DNA of 41,225 bases from the NCBI GenBank assembly GCA_018056405.1, contig JAGPFT010000001.1, positions 1-41,225 of the forward strand, given 5' to 3'. The translations under genes and the position numbers were made by a program. Shown piece by piece: positions 34,298-41,225 of this stretch (the first letter of the stretch is position 1; each line of letters opens with the position of its first letter). Below the pieces are notes generated by a model. That model searched no databases and was not told the DNA's origin. It worked only from the letters and a program-made list of their open reading frames with translations. Origin of the DNA: Anaerolineae bacterium. Its GTDB lineage: Bacteria; Chloroflexota; Anaerolineae; Aggregatilineales; Aggregatilineaceae.

Positions 34298-35364
34298 GCA
34301 CCACCACCCTCGACACCGCGCCCGCCACTCCGAGGGCGCTGATCAACTGGCGCGCTCTGGGCGAGAGCGTGCTTCAGGCGTTGCTCTCGTTCGTGCTGTC
34401 GCTGTTGGTGGGCGGGCTGCTGCTACTGATCAGCGGGCGCGACCCCATCGCCGCCTACCGCAGCCTCTATGACGGCGCATTCGGCTCCACCAGCCGCTTC
34501 ACTGAGACGCTGGTCAAGGCCACGCCGCTGCTCTTCGTGGCCGTGTCGGTGTCCATCTCGTTTCGCGCCCAGTTGTGGAACATCGGCGCGGAGGGGCAGA
34601 TGATCCTGGGGGCGATTTTCTCGACATGGGTCGCGCTCAACGTGGCACTGCCGCCACTGCCGCTGCTGATCCTGGCCTTTCTGGCGGCGGCGCTGGGCGG
34701 GATGCTGTGGGGTTTGATTGCCGGGGTGCTCAAAGCGTACCTGCAGGCCAATGAGGTGATTACGACCTCGATGCTCAACTACATCGCCATCTACCTGCTG
34801 GCCTATCTGGTGCGCGGGCCGATGATGGACCCGCAGGGCTTCAACTTCCCGCAATCGGCGCTGATCGCCAGAGAGCTGGAGCTGCCGCGACTGGTCGCGC
34901 GGACGCGGCTGAATGTCGCCTTCATCGTGGCCCTGGTGGTGGTGGCGCTGAGTCTGGTCTTGTGGCGCACCACCCTGGGCCGCCGCATCGAGATCGTGGG
35001 GGCCAGCCGGCGCGTTGCCGCCCACGTGGGGCTGAACATCCCGCGCACGATCCTGCTGGTGGCGGCGATCAGCGGGGCGCTGGCCGGCCTTGCCGGTTGG
35101 GGCGAGATCTTTGGGCTGCACTTCCGCCTGATCGAGGAGATAGCGCGCGGCTTCGGTACGCTGGGCATTGTAGTGGCCCTGTTGGGTGGGTTGAACCCGA
35201 TCGGCATGACTATCTCCGCGTTCCTGTTCGCCGCGTTGGTGGTCGGCGGCAACGCGATGGAGCGCAACGCCAACGTGCCCTTCGCGCTGGTAGACGTGAT
35301 CCAGGGCTGCGTGATCCTGCTGGTGCTATCGCGGGCGTATCTATTCAAGAGGAAAGCATCATGA
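34294..35364 (+). CDS. ABC transporter permease (BMP/nucleoside-type, BPD_transp_2)
   Basis: 356 aa, multi-TM. ATGA overlap with the ATPase stop. LWNIGAEGQMILGAIF motif. Confidence 0.82.
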   Translation: MSTTTLDTAPATPRALINWRALGESVLQALLSFVLSLLVGGLLLLISGRDPIAAYRSLYDGAFGSTSRFTETLVKATPLLFVAVSVSISFRAQLWNIGAEGQMILGAIFSTWVALNVALPPLPLLILAFLAAALGGMLWGLIAGVLKAYLQANEVITTSMLNYIAIYLLAYLVRGPMMDPQGFNFPQSALIARELELPRLVARTRLNVAFIVALVVVALSLVLWRTTLGRRIEIVGASRRVAAHVGLNIPRTILLVAAISGALAGLAGWGEIFGLHFRLIEEIARGFGTLGIVVALLGGLNPIGMTISAFLFAALVVGGNAMERNANVPFALVDVIQGCVILLVLSRAYLFKRKAS

Positions 35365-36305
35365 ACTGGGACCTGATCACCTTCTCTTTCCTCGTCGGCA
35401 TCCTCGCCTCCGCCGTGCGTTGGGCCACGCCGATCCTGTTCGCGGCGCTGGGCGAAGTCTTCAACGAACGAGCAGGCATCCTCAACCTGGGGCTGGAAGG
35501 CATCATGCTCATGGGCGCGTTGGGCGGCTTTGTCGGCGCGTACAACAGCGGCAGCCTGTGGGTGGGGCTGCTGGTCGCCATGCTGGTAGGGATGGCCATG
35601 GGCCTGCTGATGGCTTTTGTCAGCGTGACAGCCAAAGCCAACCAGGTGGTCGCCGGGCTGGGCATCACCATCCTGGGCGGCGGCCTTTCGACGTTGCTCT
35701 TCCGTCTGTTCTTCGGCCTGCGCACGCGCCCTCCGACGATCACGACCTTTAAGGTTCAGCCGATCCCGCTGCTGGAAGACATCCCCGTGCTGGGCGAGGT
35801 GCTGTTCAAGCACAACATCATGGTCTATCTGGTCTTCGTCCTGGTCGGCGTGGCCTGGGTGGTGCTCTACCGCACGCGCTTCGGGCTGGCCCTGCGCGCC
35901 GTGGGCGAGCGCCCGGACGCAGTGGATGCGCGCGGGCTAAACGTCACCACGCTGCGCACCATCAGCCTGATGATCGGCGGGGCACTGGTCGGATTGGGCG
36001 GAGCTTACCTGCCGCTGGCCAACCTGGGCATCTTCTGGACGCAGATGACCGCCGGGCGTGGCTTCATCGCGTTGGCGGTCGTCGTCTTCTCACGCTGGGA
36101 CCCGGTGCGCGCGCTGTGGGGTGCGCTGGTCTTCGGCGGGGCGGCATCGCTGCAAACGGCGCTGCAGACACTCGAAGCGCCCATTGACTCCGAATTGCTG
36201 CTGATGCTGCCCTACATCGCCACGATCATTGTGTTGGTGAGCGTCTCGCGGCGGGCGGAGTTCCCTGGCGCGTTCGCCGTGCCCTACTCGCGCGGCGAGA
36301 AGTGA
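35361..36305 (+). CDS. ABC transporter permease (BMP/nucleoside-type, second subunit)
   Basis: ATG 35361 forms an ATGA overlap with the upstream stop. FAALGEVFNERAGILNLGLEGIMLMGA. The ORF-track start at 34962 lies inside the previous gene. Confidence 0.82.
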   Translation: MNWDLITFSFLVGILASAVRWATPILFAALGEVFNERAGILNLGLEGIMLMGALGGFVGAYNSGSLWVGLLVAMLVGMAMGLLMAFVSVTAKANQVVAGLGITILGGGLSTLLFRLFFGLRTRPPTITTFKVQPIPLLEDIPVLGEVLFKHNIMVYLVFVLVGVAWVVLYRTRFGLALRAVGERPDAVDARGLNVTTLRTISLMIGGALVGLGGAYLPLANLGIFWTQMTAGRGFIALAVVVFSRWDPVRALWGALVFGGAASLQTALQTLEAPIDSELLLMLPYIATIIVLVSVSRRAEFPGAFAVPYSRGEK

Positions 36306-36313
36306 GGCAGCGC

Positions 36314-37540
36314 ATGGACTTGGTCATCCGCAACGCTCGCCACGACCGTACAGGGCAGCGCGTGGACGTGGGCATCGCCGGGGGCGTCATCGTCACCGTC
36401 GCGCCAGAGGGAGTCGGGCCGGGCGCGCGCGAACTGGACGCGGGCGGCGCGCTGATCTCACCGGCGCTGATCGAGTCCCACTTCCACCTGGAGAACGCCC
36501 TGCTGTGGGACGCCCCCAATCGCAGCGGCACGCTGGAAGAAGCGATCCGCCTCTACGCCGCGATCAAGCGCGACATGCCCGCCGACGACATCATGCGCCG
36601 GGCGTCGGCGGTGCTGCGCGAGGCCATCGCCAATGGCGTGCTGTGGCTGCGCTGCCATGTAGACATTGACCGTGTGGCCGGGCTGCGCATCCTGGAGGCC
36701 ATTCTGCCCGTGCGCGAACGCTTCCGCGACCTGATTGACGTGCAGGTGATCGCCTTCCCGCAACACGGCATGGCCCGCGATCCAGAGGTCGTCGAATTGA
36801 TGTGGGCGGCGATGGGGCGCGGCGCCGACCTGGTGGGCGGGATGCCGCACGGCGAACGCGATATGGACGACGCCGCCCGGCAGATCGAGATTGCCTTCGA
36901 GATCGCGCGGCACTACAACGCCAACATTGACATGCACATTGACGAGACCGACGACCCGTACTGGCATTCGCTGGAGCCGCTGGCCGAGCAGACCCTCGCC
37001 AATGGCTACCAGGGGCGCGTGGCAGCAGGGCACTGTTGCGCTATGTCCGCCTGGGACGAGGCGATGGCGGCGCGCATCATCGCCAAGACCCAAGAGGCTG
37101 GCGTGCACGTGATCACCAACGCGCCGATCAACCTGCTGCTCGAAGGGCGTCACGACGCGCAACCGGTACGGCGTGGCATCGCCCGCGTCAAAGAACTGCT
37201 GGCGGCGGGCGTCAACGTCACCTGCGGGCAGGACGACGTACAGAATATGTTCTATCCCTACGGGCGCATGGACCCGCTGGAAGTAGCGCTGATCACCGCG
37301 CACGCGGCGCATCTGGCCGCGCCGGACGAGATTCAGGCGGCGTTTGACATGCCGCGCTACCACGCGGCGCGGCTGTTGCGCCTGCCCCGCTATGGAGTCG
37401 AGCCGGGCGCACCCGCCGACCTGGTGCTGCTCGACGCGGACTCGCCGGTGGACGCGCTGCGCCGCCATTCGCCGGAGCGCACGGTGATCCGGCGCGGGCG
37501 CGTCGTCGCCCGCACGCGGGTGGAGACGGTGTGGGAGTAG
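36314..37540 (+). CDS. Cytosine-deaminase-like amidohydrolase (CodA subfamily; substrate uncertain)
   Basis: LVIRNA, ESHFHLEN (HxH), DMHIDETDD, AGHCCA, CGQDDVQNMFYPYG parallel the CodA metal and catalytic motifs. An alternative GTG start at 36302 overlaps the permease stop. Confidence 0.75.
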   Translation: MDLVIRNARHDRTGQRVDVGIAGGVIVTVAPEGVGPGARELDAGGALISPALIESHFHLENALLWDAPNRSGTLEEAIRLYAAIKRDMPADDIMRRASAVLREAIANGVLWLRCHVDIDRVAGLRILEAILPVRERFRDLIDVQVIAFPQHGMARDPEVVELMWAAMGRGADLVGGMPHGERDMDDAARQIEIAFEIARHYNANIDMHIDETDDPYWHSLEPLAEQTLANGYQGRVAAGHCCAMSAWDEAMAARIIAKTQEAGVHVITNAPINLLLEGRHDAQPVRRGIARVKELLAAGVNVTCGQDDVQNMFYPYGRMDPLEVALITAHAAHLAAPDEIQAAFDMPRYHAARLLRLPRYGVEPGAPADLVLLDADSPVDALRRHSPERTVIRRGRVVARTRVETVWE

Positions 37541-37665
37541 AACCATCAACGCTCAGCCGTCAGCGTTCAGCTTTCGGCCAGAAGAGGGCGGTCACAAGGC
37601 TGGGGCATTGGCCCCTTCAGGGCGCGAAACTCAAGGCTGCTCACCAAGACGCAAAGGGATTGCTT

Positions 37666-38538
37666 ATGCAGGAGTTTGACTTTTACGCAGCGAGCACGCT
37701 CGACCACCTGCTCCGCCTGCTGGCCGAGACCGGCGGGCGGGTGATCGCCGGCGGGACTGATGTGCTCGTTCAGGCGCAGCGCGGCGCGTTCCCAGCGTCC
37801 GCCCTGGTGGACGCGAGCCGCGTGCGCGAACTGCACTTCATCCGCGAGGAGGGCGCGTTGGTGCGCATCGGCGCGCTGACCACCTACGCCGACATGCTGG
37901 CCTCTCCCCTGCTGCGCGACGTTGCGCCTGCCCTGGTTGCGGCAGCGCGAACAGTCGGCGCGCCGCAGACGCGGGCGCGGGGCACGCTGGGCGGCAACAT
38001 CGCCAATGCCTCTCCGGCGGGCGACACGCTGCCACCGCTGCTGGCGCTCGACGCCGAAGTCCGGCTGCTGAAACAGGGTGGCGCGCGCGACCTGCCGCTG
38101 GCCACCGTCTTGTGCGGCCCGCGCCAGACTTGCCTGGAGTCGGGCGAAGTCATCCATTCGATCAGCTTCCGGCGGCCCCCGCAGCCGTGCGGCGCATCGT
38201 TCCTCAAGCTGGGCAACCGGCGCGGCATGGCCATCTCCGTGGTCAATGTAGCGGCGCTGCTGGTCTTCGGCGCGAACGGGCACATCACGGCGGCGCATGT
38301 GGCGCTGGGCGCGGTCGCCCCGACTCCGCTGCGCAGTCCCCACGCCGAAGCCGTCCTGCGCGGCCAGACTCCTGCCGGGGAGGTGCTGGCAGCGGCGAGC
38401 CGGGCCGTCGTGCACGACATCGCCCCGATCAGCGACGTGCGCGGCAGCGCGGGCTACCGGCGCGCCGTAGCCGTCCGCCTGACAGAGCGCGCGCTGCGCC
38501 AGGCCGTTCAGAGCGCGGGGCGGGAGGTGCGAGCATGA
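37666..38538 (+). CDS. Xanthine dehydrogenase-family molybdoenzyme, FAD-binding (medium) subunit
   Basis: FDFYAASTLDHLLRLLAETGGRVIAGGTDVLVQ, TLGGNIANASPAGD, and a C-terminal CO-dehydrogenase-flavoprotein-like domain (DVRGSAGYRR). Confidence 0.85.
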   Translation: MQEFDFYAASTLDHLLRLLAETGGRVIAGGTDVLVQAQRGAFPASALVDASRVRELHFIREEGALVRIGALTTYADMLASPLLRDVAPALVAAARTVGAPQTRARGTLGGNIANASPAGDTLPPLLALDAEVRLLKQGGARDLPLATVLCGPRQTCLESGEVIHSISFRRPPQPCGASFLKLGNRRGMAISVVNVAALLVFGANGHITAAHVALGAVAPTPLRSPHAEAVLRGQTPAGEVLAAASRAVVHDIAPISDVRGSAGYRRAVAVRLTERALRQAVQSAGREVRA

Positions 38539-39017
38539 AACCGATCACTGTCACCCTGACCGTCAACGGCCAGGCGCGCACGATCACCACCGAGCCGAAC
38601 AAGACGCTGCTCTACGCCCTGCGCGACGACCTGGGCCTGACCGGGGCCAAAGACGCCTGCGGCGGCGAGGGCGAGTGCGGCGCGTGCACGGTGATTCTGG
38701 ATGGCGAGGCGGTCAACGCCTGCCTGGTGCTGGTCGGGCAGGCCGAGGGAAGCCATGTGGAGACCATCGAGGGGCTGGCGCGCGATGGACAGTTGCACCC
38801 CTTGCAACGCGCCTTCGTGGAGACGGGCGCGGTGCAGTGCGGCTTCTGCACGCCCGGCGCGATCCTGGCCGCCAAGGCGCTGCTCGACCGGGTTCCCGCG
38901 CCGAGCGACGACGACATCCGCGAGGCGCTGTCCGGCAATCTGTGCCGCTGCACCGGGTACGCCAGGATAGTCGCGGCGGTGCGCTGCGCGGCGGAGGAGA
39001 TGAGCCATGCCCGCTGA
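38535..39017 (+). CDS. Xanthine dehydrogenase-family molybdoenzyme, [2Fe-2S] (small) subunit
   Basis: ATGA overlap with the upstream gene. CGGEGECGACTV, CGFCTPG and CRCTGY cluster motifs. The ORF-track start at 38112 lies inside the FAD subunit gene. Confidence 0.9.
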   Translation: MKPITVTLTVNGQARTITTEPNKTLLYALRDDLGLTGAKDACGGEGECGACTVILDGEAVNACLVLVGQAEGSHVETIEGLARDGQLHPLQRAFVETGAVQCGFCTPGAILAAKALLDRVPAPSDDDIREALSGNLCRCTGYARIVAAVRCAAEEMSHAR

Positions 39018-41225
39018 ACTGAAGACGGTCGGCAAGGCCGAACTGCGCAAAGATGCCTGGGACAAAGTCACCGGCGCGGCGCTCTACGTGGACGATCTGC
39101 CGCATGACGGCTTGCTCTATGGCGCAGTGGTGCGCTCGCCGCACCATCACGCGCGCATTCTCGCCATTAACACCGAGTCAGCGCGGGCTGTCCCCGGCGT
39201 GGTGGCCGTGCTCACCGCCGAGGACGTGCCCGGCAGCAAGACGTTCGGGCCGCTCGTGCAGGATCAGCCGGCGCTGGCCTTCGACGTGGTGCGGCATATG
39301 GGCGAGCCAGTGGCCCTGGTCGTCGGCCAGAGCAAACTGGCCGCCGAGCGCGGCAGAGCTGCTGTGCTGGTCGCCTACGACCCGTTGCCCTCCGTGCACG
39401 ATCCGGTCGCCGCGCTGGAGCCGGACGCGCCCCAGGTTCACCCCGGCGGCAACCTGCTGACCCGCTACGAGGTCAGCGATGGCGACGTGGCGGCAGGGCT
39501 GGCCGCGGCGGATGTGGTGCTGGAGGCTACCTTCGAGGTGCCGCGCATCTCGCCCGCTTACATGGAGCCGGAGTCGTCCATTGCGCGCTGGAACGACGAC
39601 GGCACGCTGACGGTCTGGGTCAGCTCGCAGAAGCCATTCGAGGATCGTCACGCCATTGCCAGCGTGCTAGGGCTGCCAGACGAGGCTGTGGGAGTCAAGA
39701 GCGCGGTTATCGGTGGCGCGTTCGGCGGCAAAGAGGACTCCAGCCTGCAAGTCCTGGCCGCGCTGGGCGCGTGGGCGACGCACGGCGCTGTCCGCCTGGT
39801 CAACAACCGCCACGAGTCGTTTCTAGCGCATCCCAAACGCCACCCGGCGCGCCTGCACCTCACCCTCGGCGCGACGCACGCCGGCGATCTGCTGGCGCTC
39901 AAGGCCGTGGTGCACCTGGACACGGGCGCTTATGCGTCCTACGGGCCGGCGGTCGGCAGCCTGCTGACCGAGATGGTGCCGGGGTCGTATCGCATCCCGA
40001 ATGTCAGCGTGGACACGCGCGTGGTCTATACGCACAGCCCCTACTCCGGGGCAATGCGCGGCTTTGGCAGCCCCCAGGCGCATTTTGCCACCGAGAGCCT
40101 GCTCGACATGCTGGCCGCTGAACTGAGCATGGACCCGCTCGAACTGCGACGCAAGAACGCGCTGCGGCCCGGCGACCGTTTCTTCACCCAGGTGACACTG
40201 GATCGCACGGCGGAGAGCCTGCCGCTGATCCTGAACGCGGTCGAGGCGGCGCGCGCCCGGCTAGAGGGACTTCCCGCCGCGCCGGGCAAGACCGCCGGGG
40301 TGGGCTTCGCCCTGGGGATGCAGAGCATGGGCCTGGGCTATCGTGTCCCTGACGACGTGACCAACCGCCTGGCGCTCAACCCCGACGGCACGGTGACTAT
40401 GTTCATCGGCGCGCCAGACCTGGGCCAGGGTTTGGCGACCGTCGCCGAGCAGATGGCGGCAGAGGCGTTGGGGCTGCCCTACAAAGCGGTGCGCGCCGTG
40501 CCGGTGGACACGCGCATCTCGCCCAACGGCGGCGTGACCTGCGCCTCGCGCATGACCTATTCAACCGGCAACTCGCTGCTCATCGCCGCCAGGCGGCTGG
40601 TGGACGCGCTGCTGGACTACGCAGCGGGCGCGCTGAACGTAGCCCGCGCCGGCCTGCGCCATGAGGGTGGGATGGTCATCGCGCCCGACGGGGAACGCTT
40701 CCCGGTCGCCGAGTTCGCCAGCCGCGCCGCCGACGAAGGCGTGCCTCTGGCCGCCGAAGCGACGTTCTCCTTCCCCTACCCGGAGGAGACAACACCCAAG
40801 CACCTGCCGGTAGGGATGCCGCACGTGATGTTCCTTTTCGGGGCGCACGTCGCCCGCGTGGAGGTGGACCCGGCGCTGGGTACAATCGAAGTGACCGACC
40901 TGGTGGCCATTCATGACGTGGGCCAGGTCATCAACCGGGCCGGCGTTGAGGGGCAGATCGAGGGCGGCGCGGCCATGGGCATTGGCTACGCGCTCTACGA
41001 GAGCGTCCGCCTGAAGGCCAACGGGCAGTGGGTGGACGGCTTCACCGAATATCTGATCCCCACTGCCGAGGACATGCCCACCCGCATCGAAAGCGTGATT
41101 CTTGAGGTGCCGGAGGCCAGCGGGCCGTTCGGCGTGAAGGGCATCGGCGAGATCGGCCTGGTCTCGACCGCGCCGGCCATTGCCAACGCCGTGTACCGGG
41201 CAGTGGGCGTGCGCGTCACGACCAT
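39007..41225 (+). CDS. Xanthine dehydrogenase-family molybdoenzyme, molybdopterin-binding (large) subunit, 3'-truncated by the window end
   Basis: Translated by hand from ATG 39007; no stop occurs before 41225, so the ORF is absent from the track. MPAELKTVGKAELRKDAWDKVTGAALYVDD, IGGAFGGKED, GAMRGFGSPQAHFA, GQGLATVAEQ, GVKGIGEIG. It overlaps the small-subunit gene by 11 nt. Confidence 0.85.
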   Translation, partial: MPAELKTVGKAELRKDAWDKVTGAALYVDDLPHDGLLYGAVVRSPHHHARILAINTESARAVPGVVAVLTAEDVPGSKTFGPLVQDQPALAFDVVRHMGEPVALVVGQSKLAAERGRAAVLVAYDPLPSVHDPVAALEPDAPQVHPGGNLLTRYEVSDGDVAAGLAAADVVLEATFEVPRISPAYMEPESSIARWNDDGTLTVWVSSQKPFEDRHAIASVLGLPDEAVGVKSAVIGGAFGGKEDSSLQVLAALGAWATHGAVRLVNNRHESFLAHPKRHPARLHLTLGATHAGDLLALKAVVHLDTGAYASYGPAVGSLLTEMVPGSYRIPNVSVDTRVVYTHSPYSGAMRGFGSPQAHFATESLLDMLAAELSMDPLELRRKNALRPGDRFFTQVTLDRTAESLPLILNAVEAARARLEGLPAAPGKTAGVGFALGMQSMGLGYRVPDDVTNRLALNPDGTVTMFIGAPDLGQGLATVAEQMAAEALGLPYKAVRAVPVDTRISPNGGVTCASRMTYSTGNSLLIAARRLVDALLDYAAGALNVARAGLRHEGGMVIAPDGERFPVAEFASRAADEGVPLAAEATFSFPYPEETTPKHLPVGMPHVMFLFGAHVARVEVDPALGTIEVTDLVAIHDVGQVINRAGVEGQIEGGAAMGIGYALYESVRLKANGQWVDGFTEYLIPTAEDMPTRIESVILEVPEASGPFGVKGIGEIGLVSTAPAIANAVYRAVGVRVTT

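Noticed and set aside
34962-35360. ORF-track extensions that make genes appear to overlap their upstream neighbours by hundreds of nt (34962, 38112, 26434, 37531, 32582, 29272)
   Set aside because: In each case an internal ATG gives a canonical family N-terminus, with either a 4-nt overlap or a good ribosome-binding site (35361, 38535, 26602, 37666, 32699, 29341). The upstream part lies in another gene's frame or in a repeat.
1-41225. Defence islands, toxin-antitoxin pairs, integrases, transposases, phage genes, tRNA or rRNA
   Set aside because: Every ORF with coding-like composition could be assigned to metabolism, transport or regulation, or to the hypotheticals listed. I saw no nuclease, ATPase or methylase pairings, no small adjacent TA-like gene pairs, and no tRNA-like T-loop (GGTTCGAATCC-type) sequence.

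Overview
GC-rich bacterial chromosomal window, tightly packed with about 36 protein-coding genes. Nearly every long opposite-strand ORF in the track is an antisense shadow. The gene content and the G-rich palindromic intergenic repeats remind me of Chloroflexota-type genomes, but I cannot verify the taxon. All product calls come from motifs read in the translations; no database search was run.

Layout:
- 263-1804: FGGY sugar kinase.
- 2667-7343: glycogen block, with a stand-alone CBM48 glycogen-binding protein, an amylo-alpha-1,6-glucosidase-type debranching enzyme and a convergent glgC.
- 7487-9023 (-): three tandem, translationally coupled paralogous membrane proteins of unknown function.
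- 9360-17169 (+): LacI-family regulator, a five-gene Opp/Dpp-type (family 5) ABC transporter and a NicX/M29-fold metalloenzyme.
- 17299-27372: a divergently organised pentose island. It holds an FGGY (xylulokinase-like) kinase, a LacI regulator, two different D-lyxose-isomerase-family cupins, a split transketolase and a ribose-type ABC transporter.
- 28200-41225: purine uptake and catabolism locus. It holds a GntR/UTRA regulator, adenine deaminase, a BMP-family nucleoside ABC transporter, a CodA-like amidohydrolase and a three-subunit xanthine-dehydrogenase-family molybdoenzyme. The large subunit runs off the 3' end and is missing from the ORF track.

I saw no rRNA, tRNA, CRISPR array, transposase, integrase, phage gene or recognisable defence or toxin gene.

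Most unusual observations:
1. An in-frame 894-bp, roughly 99% identical tandem duplication makes the sugar-binding protein a two-domain SBP-SBP fusion.
2. The composition of the pentose island (split transketolase, FGGY kinase, two cupin isomerases) may indicate a branched or rare pentose route.
3. The triple-paralog membrane operon lies upstream of glgC.
4. A modular family of hairpin plus G-tract repeats and MITE-like elements with terminal inverted repeats fills most long intergenic gaps and flanks the GntR gene on both sides.
5. A NicX-like enzyme is attached to a LacI-controlled peptide-type ABC importer.

I cannot show that any of these is a truly undescribed system; each needs the stated check.
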